Under the pieces are notes generated by a model. That model was not told the origin of the DNA. It did no database searches and worked only from the letters and a program-made list of their open reading frames with translations. A program made the translations under genes and the position numbers. Shown here one piece after another: positions 8,752-18,580 of a stretch of DNA of 32,000 nucleotides. This stretch comes from an uncultured delta proteobacterium (lineage in GTDB: Bacteria; Desulfobacterota; Desulfobaccia; Desulfobaccales; 0-14-0-80-60-11): the NCBI GenBank assembly GCA_963701845.1, contig CAVPBF010000004.1:571853-603852 (forward strand). The letters are read 5' to 3'. The number at the start of each line of letters is the position of its first letter. Position 1 is the first letter of the stretch.

Positions 8752-11022
8752 AACTACAACATAGAACATCTTGGCGTAACCTCTTAAGGACCTTCTGGAG
8801 GGGGAGGTTGAGGCCACGATGGCAGGATTATCAGTGGTCATTTATTGGCGGAATAGCTCTTGGGTCATTATTTTTGGGCGTTTGGGGATTCCAAATTTAT
8901 TTTTCGTCGAAAAATGAATTGCGCTCTGTTTCTGACCTGATCTATTTGGCTTTGCAGTTGTTCAATTTGAATTCCGGGGCGGTTACTGGGCCGAAACCAT
9001 GGCAGTTGGAGGTGGCAAGATTGTCAGCCCCGACGATAACCGCCTATGCCGCCGTAAAGGCCTTGGCAGTGATCTTTCACGAGCAGATTAAACTCATTCT
9101 CCTAAAATTTCTCAAGGGCCATGTCATAGTATGTGGTATGGGCAACAAGGGCTTCTTGCTGGCCAAGGGGTTTTATGATCAAGGCTACCGCGTAGTGGTA
9201 ATCGAACAAAATAAGGATAACCCCAGGATTGCGCTATTCAGAGAACATGGTGCCATTATCATAGTCGGCAATGCTGCAGATAGAGAAATGCTGAAAAAGG
9301 CCCGGGTTCGTGAGGCAAAATACCTCCTTGCCGTATGTAAAGAAGATGGAGATAACGCCCAAATAGCCATCTATGCTCAGGAACTTATCAATTGCCTCAC
9401 CAAGCATCCCTCCAGCAACATAGTGACCTGTCTGGTACATATTACGAACCCCGAACTCTGCAATCTTCTAAAAGAGCAAGAGATTTTGGCCGGAAAGGTC
9501 GATTTATTCCGGATGGAATTTTTTAATGTCTTTGAAAGCGGTGCGAGAGAATTGATAAATGAATTCCCCGGGTTCACGGAACTGGCCGAGGAAGCGCCAC
9601 ACTTGATGGTGGTTGGCCTGGGATCATTGGGCACAAGTCTAATAATTCGCGCTGCCTTGAATTGGAGATTGGCTCGGGGAAACCATGATAAAAAACTGCG
9701 CATCACCATGATAGACAAAGATGCAGTCCAGAAAAAGGAGTACCTGGACTGGCAGTACCGCCAGCTTAATGATTTCTGGGATCTTACTCCGGTGCCTGTG
9801 GAAATTAACTCACCAGAATTTCTCCAGGGGAAGTTCCTCTCAGAGAGTCATGACTTTTATTTCCTGTCCTGCGTATATGTCTGTCTTGATAATGATTCTG
9901 TTGCGCTCACTGCTGGGTTGGCAGTTTATCAGCATCTCAGAGAACGAAAAATCCCTATAGTAGTTCAGATGAGCCATGATGCCGGACTGGCTTCGCTCTT
10001 GCGAGTTGGGGGTGCCGAGAAAGGCAGCTTCGAGAACCTGCATGCTTTTGGGTTGTTTGATCGAACCTGCACGCCTGACCTGCTCTTTCGCGGGCACCCA
10101 CGAGACTCTATCCAAGGCTATCCATCGGGACTACGTTCGTAACCATGAAAATTTGGGACTAATCATAGAGACCAATGCTTCGTTAGCTTCCTGGGAAGAT
10201 TTGTCTGAGGACCTTAAAGAATCGAACCGTCGTTCAGCCGATGAAATCGGCAGGAAATTGCGAGCAGTCCACTGCGAGGTAGAGCGACTGACGGATTGGA
10301 ACGCCGAATTATTTGAATTCACGCCGGAAGAAATAGAAGTAATGGCCAAAATGGAACACCATAGCTGGATGAACCAACTGAATAAAGAGGGCTGGACGTT
10401 TGCATCGGGACCAAAGGACCTGAAAAAGAAAACCCATCCAGCGTTGGTAATATGGGAGGGACTCTCCAAAGATTTTAAGGATAAAAATCGTGAAAGTGTC
10501 CGTAAAATCCCCGTCCTTCTGGCCGGAGTCGGCTTTCAAGTTCACCGCAAGTGGCCTAATATTCGAGAGAAACTGGCTCGCTATATCCATGAGGAATATC
10601 TCAAGACCCAGCGGGAATGGGGTGAGACCCGGGAGACCAATCCTCACATGGTTCCATGGGAACAACTTCCTGAAAACATTAAGGACTCAAACCGCAATCA
10701 AGCTGACGACGTTAATCACAAACTCAGTGCCATCGGTTGCGGCCTCGAGAGGTTAGCTCCGGCGACTCGTCCTTTTCAATTTAGCCCTGATGAAATAGAA
10801 TTCTTGGCCAGGATGGAGCACGATCGCTGGATGGCAGAGAAAATTCATGATGGCTGGGTTTACGCTCCCGGGCCAAAAGCCCCGGGGAAAAAGACCAATC
10901 CTTATTTACTTCCTTGGGAACGCCTATCAGAAGATATTAAAGAGTTGGATCGCGTCCCGGTTCTTAAACTACCTGATTTTCTTGTCAAAGTAGGGTTACA
11001 GATCTTTCGTTTTAAAGAATAG
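8745..11022 (+). pseudogene. Membrane-anchored TrkA-N (NAD-binding) / tandem RyR-domain protein, one frameshift near 10088
   Basis: Has N-terminal hydrophobic helices. Two Rossmann GxGxxG segments are present (VIVCGMGNKGFLLA, MVVGLGSLGTSL). The frame switches between ...CTPDLLF and GTHETLSKAIHRDY. Two RyR-like units follow (EIEVMAKMEHHSWMNQLNKEGWTF...KNRESVRKIP and EIEFLARMEHDRWMAEKIHDGWVY...ELDRVPV). Confidence 0.7.
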
Positions 11023-11166
11023 AAAGGTTTATTCCCGAGTATGTCGTTATTGAAGTGACCTTGGTCTACCTTGCATTAAACAAGAGGATTGGTCGCCAAA
11101 AAGGAATTTCTTCGGGATCGGACCTCGCACCTCATCAATAATAAATAATTTATCTGGAGGGTATTG

Positions 11167-12102
11167 ATGTTACAAAGTGATGATTTTAATCAATCCTCAA
11201 TATCTAGTAAAAAAAAACCCGCTATTGAGACGATTATTGATACCCATGTTCATCTCGTGACCTTAAACCTTCCTGGAGTGACTTTGGATCAGGCTCCTGA
11301 TGGAACCTCCTTTCAAAGTCCGCCCGAGCTACTTGCAAAGGTGATCCAGACTGAAATGCAAGAAGCGAACATCGAACACGTCCTGGGTATGCCTAGTCCA
11401 ACGGCGGATGAGAATGATCCACTTGGAGTTGCGGGTACGCGACATCTGGCTGCGTTGGTTCCGGGATTGCATCCGGTCGGCTTTGCCAATCCGGAGCGCA
11501 TCGATGAGAAACATCTCGAAAGGGTCGAGGAATCGCTGAGACTTGGTGACGTGATTGCCATTAAGGCGTACCTCGGCTATTTACACCATTACCCCGATAG
11601 TCCTGGTTATCATCCCTATTATCGGCTGGCAGCCAAGTATAAAATTCCGGTAATCTTTCATACGGGAGATACTTATTCCCATCTAGCCAAGCTCAAGTAC
11701 GCTCATCCCTTGACAATTGATGAGGTGGCGGTGGACTTTCCAGAAACCAACTTCGTTATCGCTCACTTGGGGAACCCCTGGTTAGCCGACACGTCCGAAG
11801 TGGTTTACAAGAACAATAAACCAGGAATCAGAGAGAATGTTTGGGCTGATCTCTCGGGCCTCATGGTTGGGTCTGCATCCGATTATGAGAATTATCGTCA
11901 AGAAGGATACTTCGAGGATTTAGGCAAAAAGGTGTGGGAGTTAATCGATTTCACGGAACGGCCTGATCGTTTCTTATTCGGAAGCGACTGGCCATTGTCC
12001 CCGATGAAGGTTTATAGAGACTTTATCGGCGAGCTAATTCCGGAATCATATCACAAAGCGGTGTTTTACGATAACGCCAAGGCTTTGTTTAAGCTCGTTT
12101 AA
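11167..12102 (+). CDS. Amidohydrolase-2 (TIM-barrel metal-dependent hydrolase) family protein
   Basis: Contains IIDTHVHL (HxH), IFHTGD, AHLGNPW and FGSDWP motifs. A GGAGG lies 6 nt upstream of the ATG at 11167 (the ORF is open from a TTG at 11164). Confidence 0.75.
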   Translation: MLQSDDFNQSSISSKKKPAIETIIDTHVHLVTLNLPGVTLDQAPDGTSFQSPPELLAKVIQTEMQEANIEHVLGMPSPTADENDPLGVAGTRHLAALVPGLHPVGFANPERIDEKHLERVEESLRLGDVIAIKAYLGYLHHYPDSPGYHPYYRLAAKYKIPVIFHTGDTYSHLAKLKYAHPLTIDEVAVDFPETNFVIAHLGNPWLADTSEVVYKNNKPGIRENVWADLSGLMVGSASDYENYRQEGYFEDLGKKVWELIDFTERPDRFLFGSDWPLSPMKVYRDFIGELIPESYHKAVFYDNAKALFKLV

Positions 12103-12141
12103 CTTATGGATCTTCTCGGAGTCGGTCCATTGAGAGACTTA

Positions 12142-12287
12142 GGTGGCTGCACGTACAAGGAAGGGGTGTCCTTGGGGAAGTTCGCGGCACCGGAGGACGA
12201 CGGCCGCTTCGCTGAGATGTTGTGCGATGCCACCATCGCCTGGTGCTGCTCATGAAGGGCGTGAGCCAACGTCTGGAGAAGAAATGA
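12142..12287 (+). pseudogene. GC-rich 3' fragment of a second deoxyhypusine-synthase-like gene
   Basis: GGCTYKEGVSLGKFAAPEDDGRFAEMLCDATIAW, then after a frameshift LLMKGVSQRLEKK. This aligns with the C-terminus of the 12700-13782 product (SGCTYKEGVSWGKFLPIEEGGKFAEVLCDATIAWPILLKAVTQRIDKR). Confidence 0.75.
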
Positions 12288-12491
12288 ATTTGTAGCGCCG
12301 GCGCCCGCCGGCGAAGGAGCCACCGAGGGCGGCGATACTACATTCACTCTTTTTTCCTATCGTCCGCCGGGGAGCCCCGCCCGGTAAGCCAAGCCTGGCA
12401 AATGGGAGTCCGGGGAATTGACTGTCCTGATGGTCTGGGGCGGCAAGATCTTCTTGGCGCCAACCGGCACCTTAGCGTAATTTATAAAAAA

Positions 12492-12520
12492 TTGACTTCC
12501 CAATGGAGGTAAGTTAATTT
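12492..12520 (+). promoter_or_regulatory. Possible sigma70-type promoter for the DHS-like operon
   Basis: TTGACT, a 17-nt spacer, then TAATTT, about 180 nt upstream of the ATG at 12700. Confidence 0.3.
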
Positions 12521-12699
12521 AGCTGGATGATTAAGACTATAGTGCACTGCGGTGAACAGCCGCCTGGAGAAGGACATTGTCGACATCAATGCGGCCCTGT
12601 TCGCCAATCTATAGACCCTCATCATGAGCGGCCGCAAGCGTGTCCTGCCATCAAAGTAACAACCTGCCAGACTTCTCAAATCAAATTTAAGGAAAAAAC

Positions 12700-13782
12700 A
12701 TGCGGAGAAAAGCTATAGAATTCCACGATGGAGCCAAAGATGGTCTCAAGCCGTTGGTTCCTTTGGATTTGAATAACATTCACGATTCTGATGAATTGCT
12801 TAAAGCAATGAGCAGCACTGCTTTTGGGGGGCGTTCGTTGGGGGAAGCGGCTGATGTGCTCACCGAAATGGTAAGGGACCCCGATTGTTTAACTGTGGGT
12901 ACCTTTTCTGGTGCCATGAGCGTGGCCAAAATGGGATTGCTCATTTGTGAAATGATCGACCGCGGTTGGCTTAAAGCGGTAGTCTCAACAGGAGCACTGA
13001 TAGCTCACGGATTTATTGAAACCCTTGGCCGGGCACACTACAAATGTCCGGCAAATCGGTCGGATAGGGAATTATATTTACAGGGTTACAACCGCATTTA
13101 TGACACCCTGGAGATGGAAACCAACCTAGATTACGCTGAGGCCATTTTTCGGGAAGTTTTGAGCGGCTTGGACCGAAATCAGGTCTGGTCCTCCCACAGC
13201 CTTTGCAGGGAATTAGGAAGATATCTTGCAGACCACACCACCAGTCCCGGGATTTTGCGGAATGCTTACTTGAAGGGAGTGCCGGTGTTTATTCCGGCTT
13301 TTACCGACTCGGAAATGGGACTGGATATGGCCACCTATATGATGCGGGATGCTTTGCGTAATGGGAAAGAAATTCCCGCCGCCTTGACCGATTGTTCCCT
13401 GCAATTCAACCCGTTCCTGGATTTAGGAGCCTATACCCAGATGGTGTTACCCGCGAAGAGGCTGGGAATTTTCACCATCGGCGGCGGCGTACCTCGAAAC
13501 TGGGGGCAACAGATGGCTCCTTATCTGGAATTGCTTAATTCCCGTTTAAATATAGAGGTTCCGGAGCTTCGCTTCCATTATGGAGTAAGGCTCTGCCCGG
13601 AGCCAGCCCACTGGGGGGGCCTAAGCGGTTGTACATATAAGGAGGGGGTTTCCTGGGGAAAATTTCTCCCTATAGAAGAGGGGGGGAAATTCGCCGAGGT
13701 TCTTTGCGATGCCACTATCGCCTGGCCTATTCTTCTTAAGGCAGTTACTCAGCGAATTGATAAAAGACAAAAAAATAAATAG
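12700..13782 (+). CDS. Deoxyhypusine synthase (DHS)-like NAD-dependent enzyme
   Basis: TFSGAMSVAKMGLL...VVSTGALIAHGFIE...RIYDTLE...VPVFIPAFTDSEMG...IGGGVPRNW...EGVSWGKF follows the DHS family pattern. This includes the SWGK lysine position. Confidence 0.8.
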   Translation: MRRKAIEFHDGAKDGLKPLVPLDLNNIHDSDELLKAMSSTAFGGRSLGEAADVLTEMVRDPDCLTVGTFSGAMSVAKMGLLICEMIDRGWLKAVVSTGALIAHGFIETLGRAHYKCPANRSDRELYLQGYNRIYDTLEMETNLDYAEAIFREVLSGLDRNQVWSSHSLCRELGRYLADHTTSPGILRNAYLKGVPVFIPAFTDSEMGLDMATYMMRDALRNGKEIPAALTDCSLQFNPFLDLGAYTQMVLPAKRLGIFTIGGGVPRNWGQQMAPYLELLNSRLNIEVPELRFHYGVRLCPEPAHWGGLSGCTYKEGVSWGKFLPIEEGGKFAEVLCDATIAWPILLKAVTQRIDKRQKNK

Positions 13783-13788
13783 GTTAGC

Positions 13789-14766
13789 TTGCGGGCTAAC
13801 TTATCTTTAATGGCTGCCAGTGAAATGACCTTAGAACAAAAATCTAGTGAAAATGACGGTGCTCAAGTTATCAATGTCAGACATATCTTCAATGATATGG
13901 TTGATGAGTATGACGATTTATATGATTTATGGTATAGCTACCTCTTTGGTGAGATAGAGCGGGTTATCTTGGAGGAATTCGAGCTAACCTCTAATACCGG
14001 TCTGAATCCCCTCGCTATTGATGTGGGCTGCGGGACTGGCATACAATCCATCACCTTAGCTGCATTGGGATATAAAGTTGTCGGCTTCGACATTGCCGAT
14101 AAACTTATCGAGCAAGCTAAAGTTAAAGTGCAACGAGCCGGAAATAAGCACGAATTTCTGGACATTGATTTTTTGATTGCCGATGGTGAAGCGTTACCTT
14201 TTGAGGATGCAGTCGCAGATTGTGTTAATTGCTGCGGTTCGACGCTCAGTTTTATCCCGAATTGGCGGCAAGCGCTCTCTGAAATGTCCAGGTGCCTTAA
14301 GCCTGGCGGCAGATTGATCCTGGAAGTTGAAGGCAAATGGAATTTTGACTTGTTTTGGGAAATTATCAATGCTATCGGTTTCAATGTCTTTGAGTATGAT
14401 GAACCCTTGCTGGATGCGCTCCAGCATCTCCGCCCGCCGTGGAATGTCGGGCACCATGTCGAATATCCCTTTAAATTGGAATCTGATGAAACCGTGACGA
14501 TGCCGCTAAGATTGTTTGCCGCCGCTGAACTCGAGAAAGAATTACAGCATGTCGGCTTGGTTCAAGTAAAGCGTTGGGGCCTGCATTCCTTGACCAATAT
14601 CATCCCCAGCACCATACTGCATGACTCTCGCCCAGGACCGCTGCTAAAAAAAATGTTTTCTCTTCTATCAAATATCGAGAGACGCTTTAACCAATTCCAA
14701 CCCTTGAACGCCTTCGGCTGCAGTCTTCTGGTAATTGCCGAAAAGAACTATGAGGTGGTTAAATGA
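13789..14766 (+). CDS. Class I SAM-dependent methyltransferase
   Basis: Contains motif I AIDVGCGTGIQS and post-I/II motifs VVGFDIA and LKPGGRLILEV. The start is uncertain (TTG 13789 or ATG 13810). The stop overlaps the next start (ATGA). Confidence 0.8.
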   Translation: MRANLSLMAASEMTLEQKSSENDGAQVINVRHIFNDMVDEYDDLYDLWYSYLFGEIERVILEEFELTSNTGLNPLAIDVGCGTGIQSITLAALGYKVVGFDIADKLIEQAKVKVQRAGNKHEFLDIDFLIADGEALPFEDAVADCVNCCGSTLSFIPNWRQALSEMSRCLKPGGRLILEVEGKWNFDLFWEIINAIGFNVFEYDEPLLDALQHLRPPWNVGHHVEYPFKLESDETVTMPLRLFAAAELEKELQHVGLVQVKRWGLHSLTNIIPSTILHDSRPGPLLKKMFSLLSNIERRFNQFQPLNAFGCSLLVIAEKNYEVVK

Positions 14767-16212
14767 CCGCTAATGGCCAAATAACTGAAAAGTTTGCGGA
14801 GATCGTTACCAAGGCGGCCCAATTTCTATGCGATAGTTATCATGATGGCAGTTGGGGTGCCACCAAGACCACGGCTATGACCATCTGGGCTTTGCAAGAA
14901 TGCGGGGTGGTGGGGAAGCATAAGGGTGTTTTTATCGAGGCCCTGGAGGAATTGATCGAAAAAGAAGGTACGGAGCTCCAAAAAGGACTCTCGTTTGATG
15001 AAGAAATCTGGGAGACGTCAGTGGTATTGATCGCCCTTGCCAAAGTAGATCAAGGGGAATTCAAAGAAAAAATAGAATTGATTAAAAAATGGCTCTTGTC
15101 ACAGATAAGTGAAACTGGGGATAATTTTAATGAAGAACCATGGGAAACCTTATGGGTTCTTACAGCATTATTTGAATCAGATCAAGTTGACGCTGATGAT
15201 TGGGAGATGGTTAAGAAGTGTATAAATTGGGTTTGGGACAAGAGGAATGCACAAGATGTTTTGATCTCTTTGCATAATATGGGGTTTTTACTAGCCGTAT
15301 TGAATTATGCAATAAACTATTCAATACGCAACCCTTCTTTTGATGACAGTGAAGAAATTGAATTGTACAAAAAAGCAGCCAATATTTGTAACAGTTATTT
15401 GATTAAGGAATTTCACGAAAATAAGAAAGCCGGTATGCTTTGGAGCAGCGAACCATGGAGTATCGGGCACATCCTGCATGGCATCACTGAATCTCCCCAG
15501 CGAATAAAATTTTTTAGAGAAGACAATTTAAATAAAGACATTATAAATTGGTATAAAGAAAGCTGGAATGATCCAACAGGGTTTGGCAGTGTTAAGAACA
15601 CGTGCGATACGTTAGTTGGACTGATGAAATATTACCTTAGTAGGGATGTTGAATACAAAAATGGGAGCCGATCCGAGGCAATAGACCGAATTGCAAAAAA
15701 TATTGTTTTAGAAGACGTGGATATACGATCCAAAAAAATGGTGGTATATCCTTTGTGGGGTAAAGGAGTAGAACCAAGAGAGAAAGAAATTGTTTTGTTG
15801 ATGCCGTTCAGTGAAAAATTTGATAAATTGGTAGATAGTATTAAAGAGATTACAAGCTTCAAAGAGCTCGAAGGATGGAGTGTGCGCAGGGCCGATGACA
15901 CATATGACGGAGAAGATGCCATTGATAATATATGGCGCCGTATCAATGCCGCGAGGGTTGTTATTGTGGAATTAACCCGTTTGCGTCCGGCTGTGATGTA
16001 CGAACTTGGGATTACACATACTACTAGGTAAAAAAGTTATTATGATAACTCAGTTTGATCCCAAAAAACTTCCGTTTAATTTAAGGAAACTCGATGTGAT
16101 AAGATATAAACACAATGATTTAAATGATGATGGTGGAAAAGAGAAATTCAAGGTTAAAATTCGTGACACCATAGTTCAAGTATTGAGAAGAAAAAAAGGT
16201 AAACTACAGTAG
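14763..16212 (+). pseudogene. alpha/alpha-toroid (prenyltransferase/terpene-cyclase-like repeat) protein fused to a TIR/nucleoside-2-deoxyribosyltransferase-like domain; 1-nt frameshift near 16020
   Basis: The N-terminus has repeats DGSWGATKTTAMTIWALQE, EIWETSVVLIALA and EPWETLWVLTALF. The C-terminus reads IVLLMPFSEKFD...ARVVIVELTRLRPAVMYELGITH, then in the next frame LLGKKVIMITQ...PFNLRKLDVIRY. Confidence 0.65.
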
Positions 16213-16358
16213 GGAGTAAGGCTCATAACAGGGCGGCCATTTTGACGGCTCACCCAATTACTGCACATAGAGCGGCTAAACCTAAGTAAATTCTACCATA
16301 ATCGTTGGAGCAAAGGCAATAAGCGTTAAAGATACTTCGCATTTACGGGATAAAATCC

Positions 16359-18161
16359 ATGCAAGTCTCTTCTCCCCCCTCCCCGCGCCTTGTTCTCCAT
16401 GTTGGCGTTACCGGTCACAGACCTTCCGGTCTTCAAGGAGGGGATGATGACATATTACGATCCAAAATTCGAGAAGTTCTATCGCTTATAGCTGGTGATG
16501 TTGAAAAAGTGTACAAGGCTTCTCCGGGAATATTCAGTTCTCTCCCTCCCATCTTGCGTCTCATATCTCCCCTGGCGGAGGGTGCCGACCGTATAGTCGC
16601 TGAAGAAGCTTTGGGTTTGGGATATGAACTCCAATGCCCTCTTCCCTTTGAACTCAGCCAGTACGAGCAGGATTTTGATTCTTCCGCGTCCCTTACTGAA
16701 TTTAGTTCCCTGCTGAGTCGAGCGACCACAATATTCGAATTAGATGGAGATCGTGAACAACGACGCTTGGCATATCAAGAGGTAGGCAGAACAGTTCTAA
16801 GCCAATCAGACATACTGGTTGCCATTTGGAATGGGAAGGAACCGCAGGGCCAAGGGGGTACAGGAGAGATCGTTCAAGAAGCCATCCAGAGAAAAATTCC
16901 TACCTGCTGGATTCAGGCCCAGAAGCCTCATCTTATAAATCTACTGGGATATTCGGGCAAACGGGAAAGACCCAGTTGGAATGAAGGGTTACCCCAATAT
17001 ATATCCAATCTGCTCTCTCTCCCCGCACTTAATCAGATTGGTTATGCAAGGAACAAAGAGAAATCCGACCTCAGCCAGGAATTCTTTTCAGAAACTGAAT
17101 GTAAAATAAATGTTGGGTTTCCCTTTAAGTTGTTTCGGGATTTATTGGGTGGAATGGGAATTAGCCGGCCGAAATTCAGAATGCCTGGTTTCGAAGAAGA
17201 AACGTTGGAAGAATGGCAAGAAGTCTGGAATACTTCGCCCGGACTGCCGTCATCCCTGATAGATCAGATAAATAGAGCATTTCTGCTCAAATTTGCGTGG
17301 GCCGATAAGCTGGCCAATTATTATGCTGATTTGTACAGAAGTTCTTTTATTGTTAACTATTTTTTAAGTGGCTGTGCGGTATTAGCTGCCTTGTTGGCTT
17401 ACCCGCTGGAGCTGGGCCATGCAGGTCAAGAATGGTTGGTTCTGACGGAAATTATCTTAATTTCTTTCATTATTCTGACCACATGGTATGGCAAGAGGAA
17501 GCGCTGGCACGAGCGATGGATCGATTACCGCTTTCTCGCCGAGCAATTACGACAAATGCGATTCTTGGCCCCCCTTGGGATATTACTCCCATCCTTTAGC
17601 ATCCCTGCACATCATGCAAATAATGATCTTCACAATAACTGGATAAACTGGTATTTTCGCGCCTCAGCGCGGGAAGCGGGGCTGCCCAATGTCCGAATTG
17701 ACCAGGCATACCTTGAAGCTGGTCGAACACTTCTCACGATAGGAGAGGTAGAAGGACAAATCCATTACCATGAAATAAACGCCAGCCGCTTTCATATTCT
17801 ATCTCATCGACTACATCATCTGGGATTATTGTTATTTGCATTGACTGGTATAGCCTGTTTATCGCACCTTTATTATCACGGTGAATACAGCCGGTGGCTA
17901 ACTTTACTCTCAGGAGTGCTGCCAGCTTTTGGAGCCGCCTTCGCGGGCATCCTGTTCCAGGGAGAGTTTCAGCGCCTGGCTCAACGTTCCGAAGCCATGA
18001 CCAGAGAGTTGGGGCGGATCAATAACAATCTGACAATCCTTCCCGAATTATCTCACGAAAATCTCTGCCTCATGGCCAACGAGGTCGCCAATATTATGAT
18101 AACTGAAGTACTCGATTGGAGGATTTTACTACATGACAGACCGTTGAATCTTCCAGGATGA
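16359..18161 (+). CDS. SLOG-like Rossmannoid domain fused to two SLATT-type 2TM modules (predicted ligand-gated membrane effector)
   Basis: The N-terminus has VGVTGHR...SPLAEGADRIVAEEAL...SDILVAIWNGKEPQGQGGTGEIV (LOG/SLOG-like GGxGT motif). Two hydrophobic helix pairs lie at about 17345-17490 and 17815-17960. The first is followed by an amphipathic RWHERWIDYRFLAEQLRQ and the second by an FQRLAQRSEAMTREL segment. Confidence 0.7.
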   Translation: MQVSSPPSPRLVLHVGVTGHRPSGLQGGDDDILRSKIREVLSLIAGDVEKVYKASPGIFSSLPPILRLISPLAEGADRIVAEEALGLGYELQCPLPFELSQYEQDFDSSASLTEFSSLLSRATTIFELDGDREQRRLAYQEVGRTVLSQSDILVAIWNGKEPQGQGGTGEIVQEAIQRKIPTCWIQAQKPHLINLLGYSGKRERPSWNEGLPQYISNLLSLPALNQIGYARNKEKSDLSQEFFSETECKINVGFPFKLFRDLLGGMGISRPKFRMPGFEEETLEEWQEVWNTSPGLPSSLIDQINRAFLLKFAWADKLANYYADLYRSSFIVNYFLSGCAVLAALLAYPLELGHAGQEWLVLTEIILISFIILTTWYGKRKRWHERWIDYRFLAEQLRQMRFLAPLGILLPSFSIPAHHANNDLHNNWINWYFRASAREAGLPNVRIDQAYLEAGRTLLTIGEVEGQIHYHEINASRFHILSHRLHHLGLLLFALTGIACLSHLYYHGEYSRWLTLLSGVLPAFGAAFAGILFQGEFQRLAQRSEAMTRELGRINNNLTILPELSHENLCLMANEVANIMITEVLDWRILLHDRPLNLPG

Positions 18162-18375
18162 TCCTTTTCATGGAAAAAGTTAAATAAAGAGGGATGTCCT
18201 TTGAAAGGGCCAATCATTATTTTGGCGCCATTTGACATTTAATAGGTTTATTGATAACGTTTACCATTAAAAAAGTTATTGGGCGTTTCAAACAACTATC
18301 CTGAACTGTCATGGATAATTGGTCCCGTGGATCTCCATGCATTTCTGGGTTGACTCAGCTGCCGAACATGAAATA

Positions 18376-18580
18376 ATGACTCCTGAGGAGGTCGCCCAAT
18401 ATCTCCGTAAAAGCCAGAGCTGGGTCTATAAGCACTGACGGGCGCTGGGCGGCAGGAAACTTGGGGGTTCTCTGTTCTTCCCCGGAAAGGAGGACCTCTA
18501 TGAGCATTTATTTTCAGAAGGGCCGGGGGTGGAAGCACGATTTCACCCTCCACGGGAAAAGGTACACGTCCCGCTACACA
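18376..18580 (+). pseudogene. Excisionase-type HTH gene with in-frame TGA
   Basis: MTPEEVAQYLRKSQSWVYKH-TGA(18436-18438)-RALGGRKLGGSLFFPGKEDLYEHL. The stop sits where a Trp (TGG) would be expected. The 3' end is undefined because of the downstream inversion. Confidence 0.55.

Noticed and set aside
12099-12347. 82-aa minus-strand ORF
   Set aside because: It is antisense to the DHS-like 3' relic, which has a clear homology-based explanation on the + strand.
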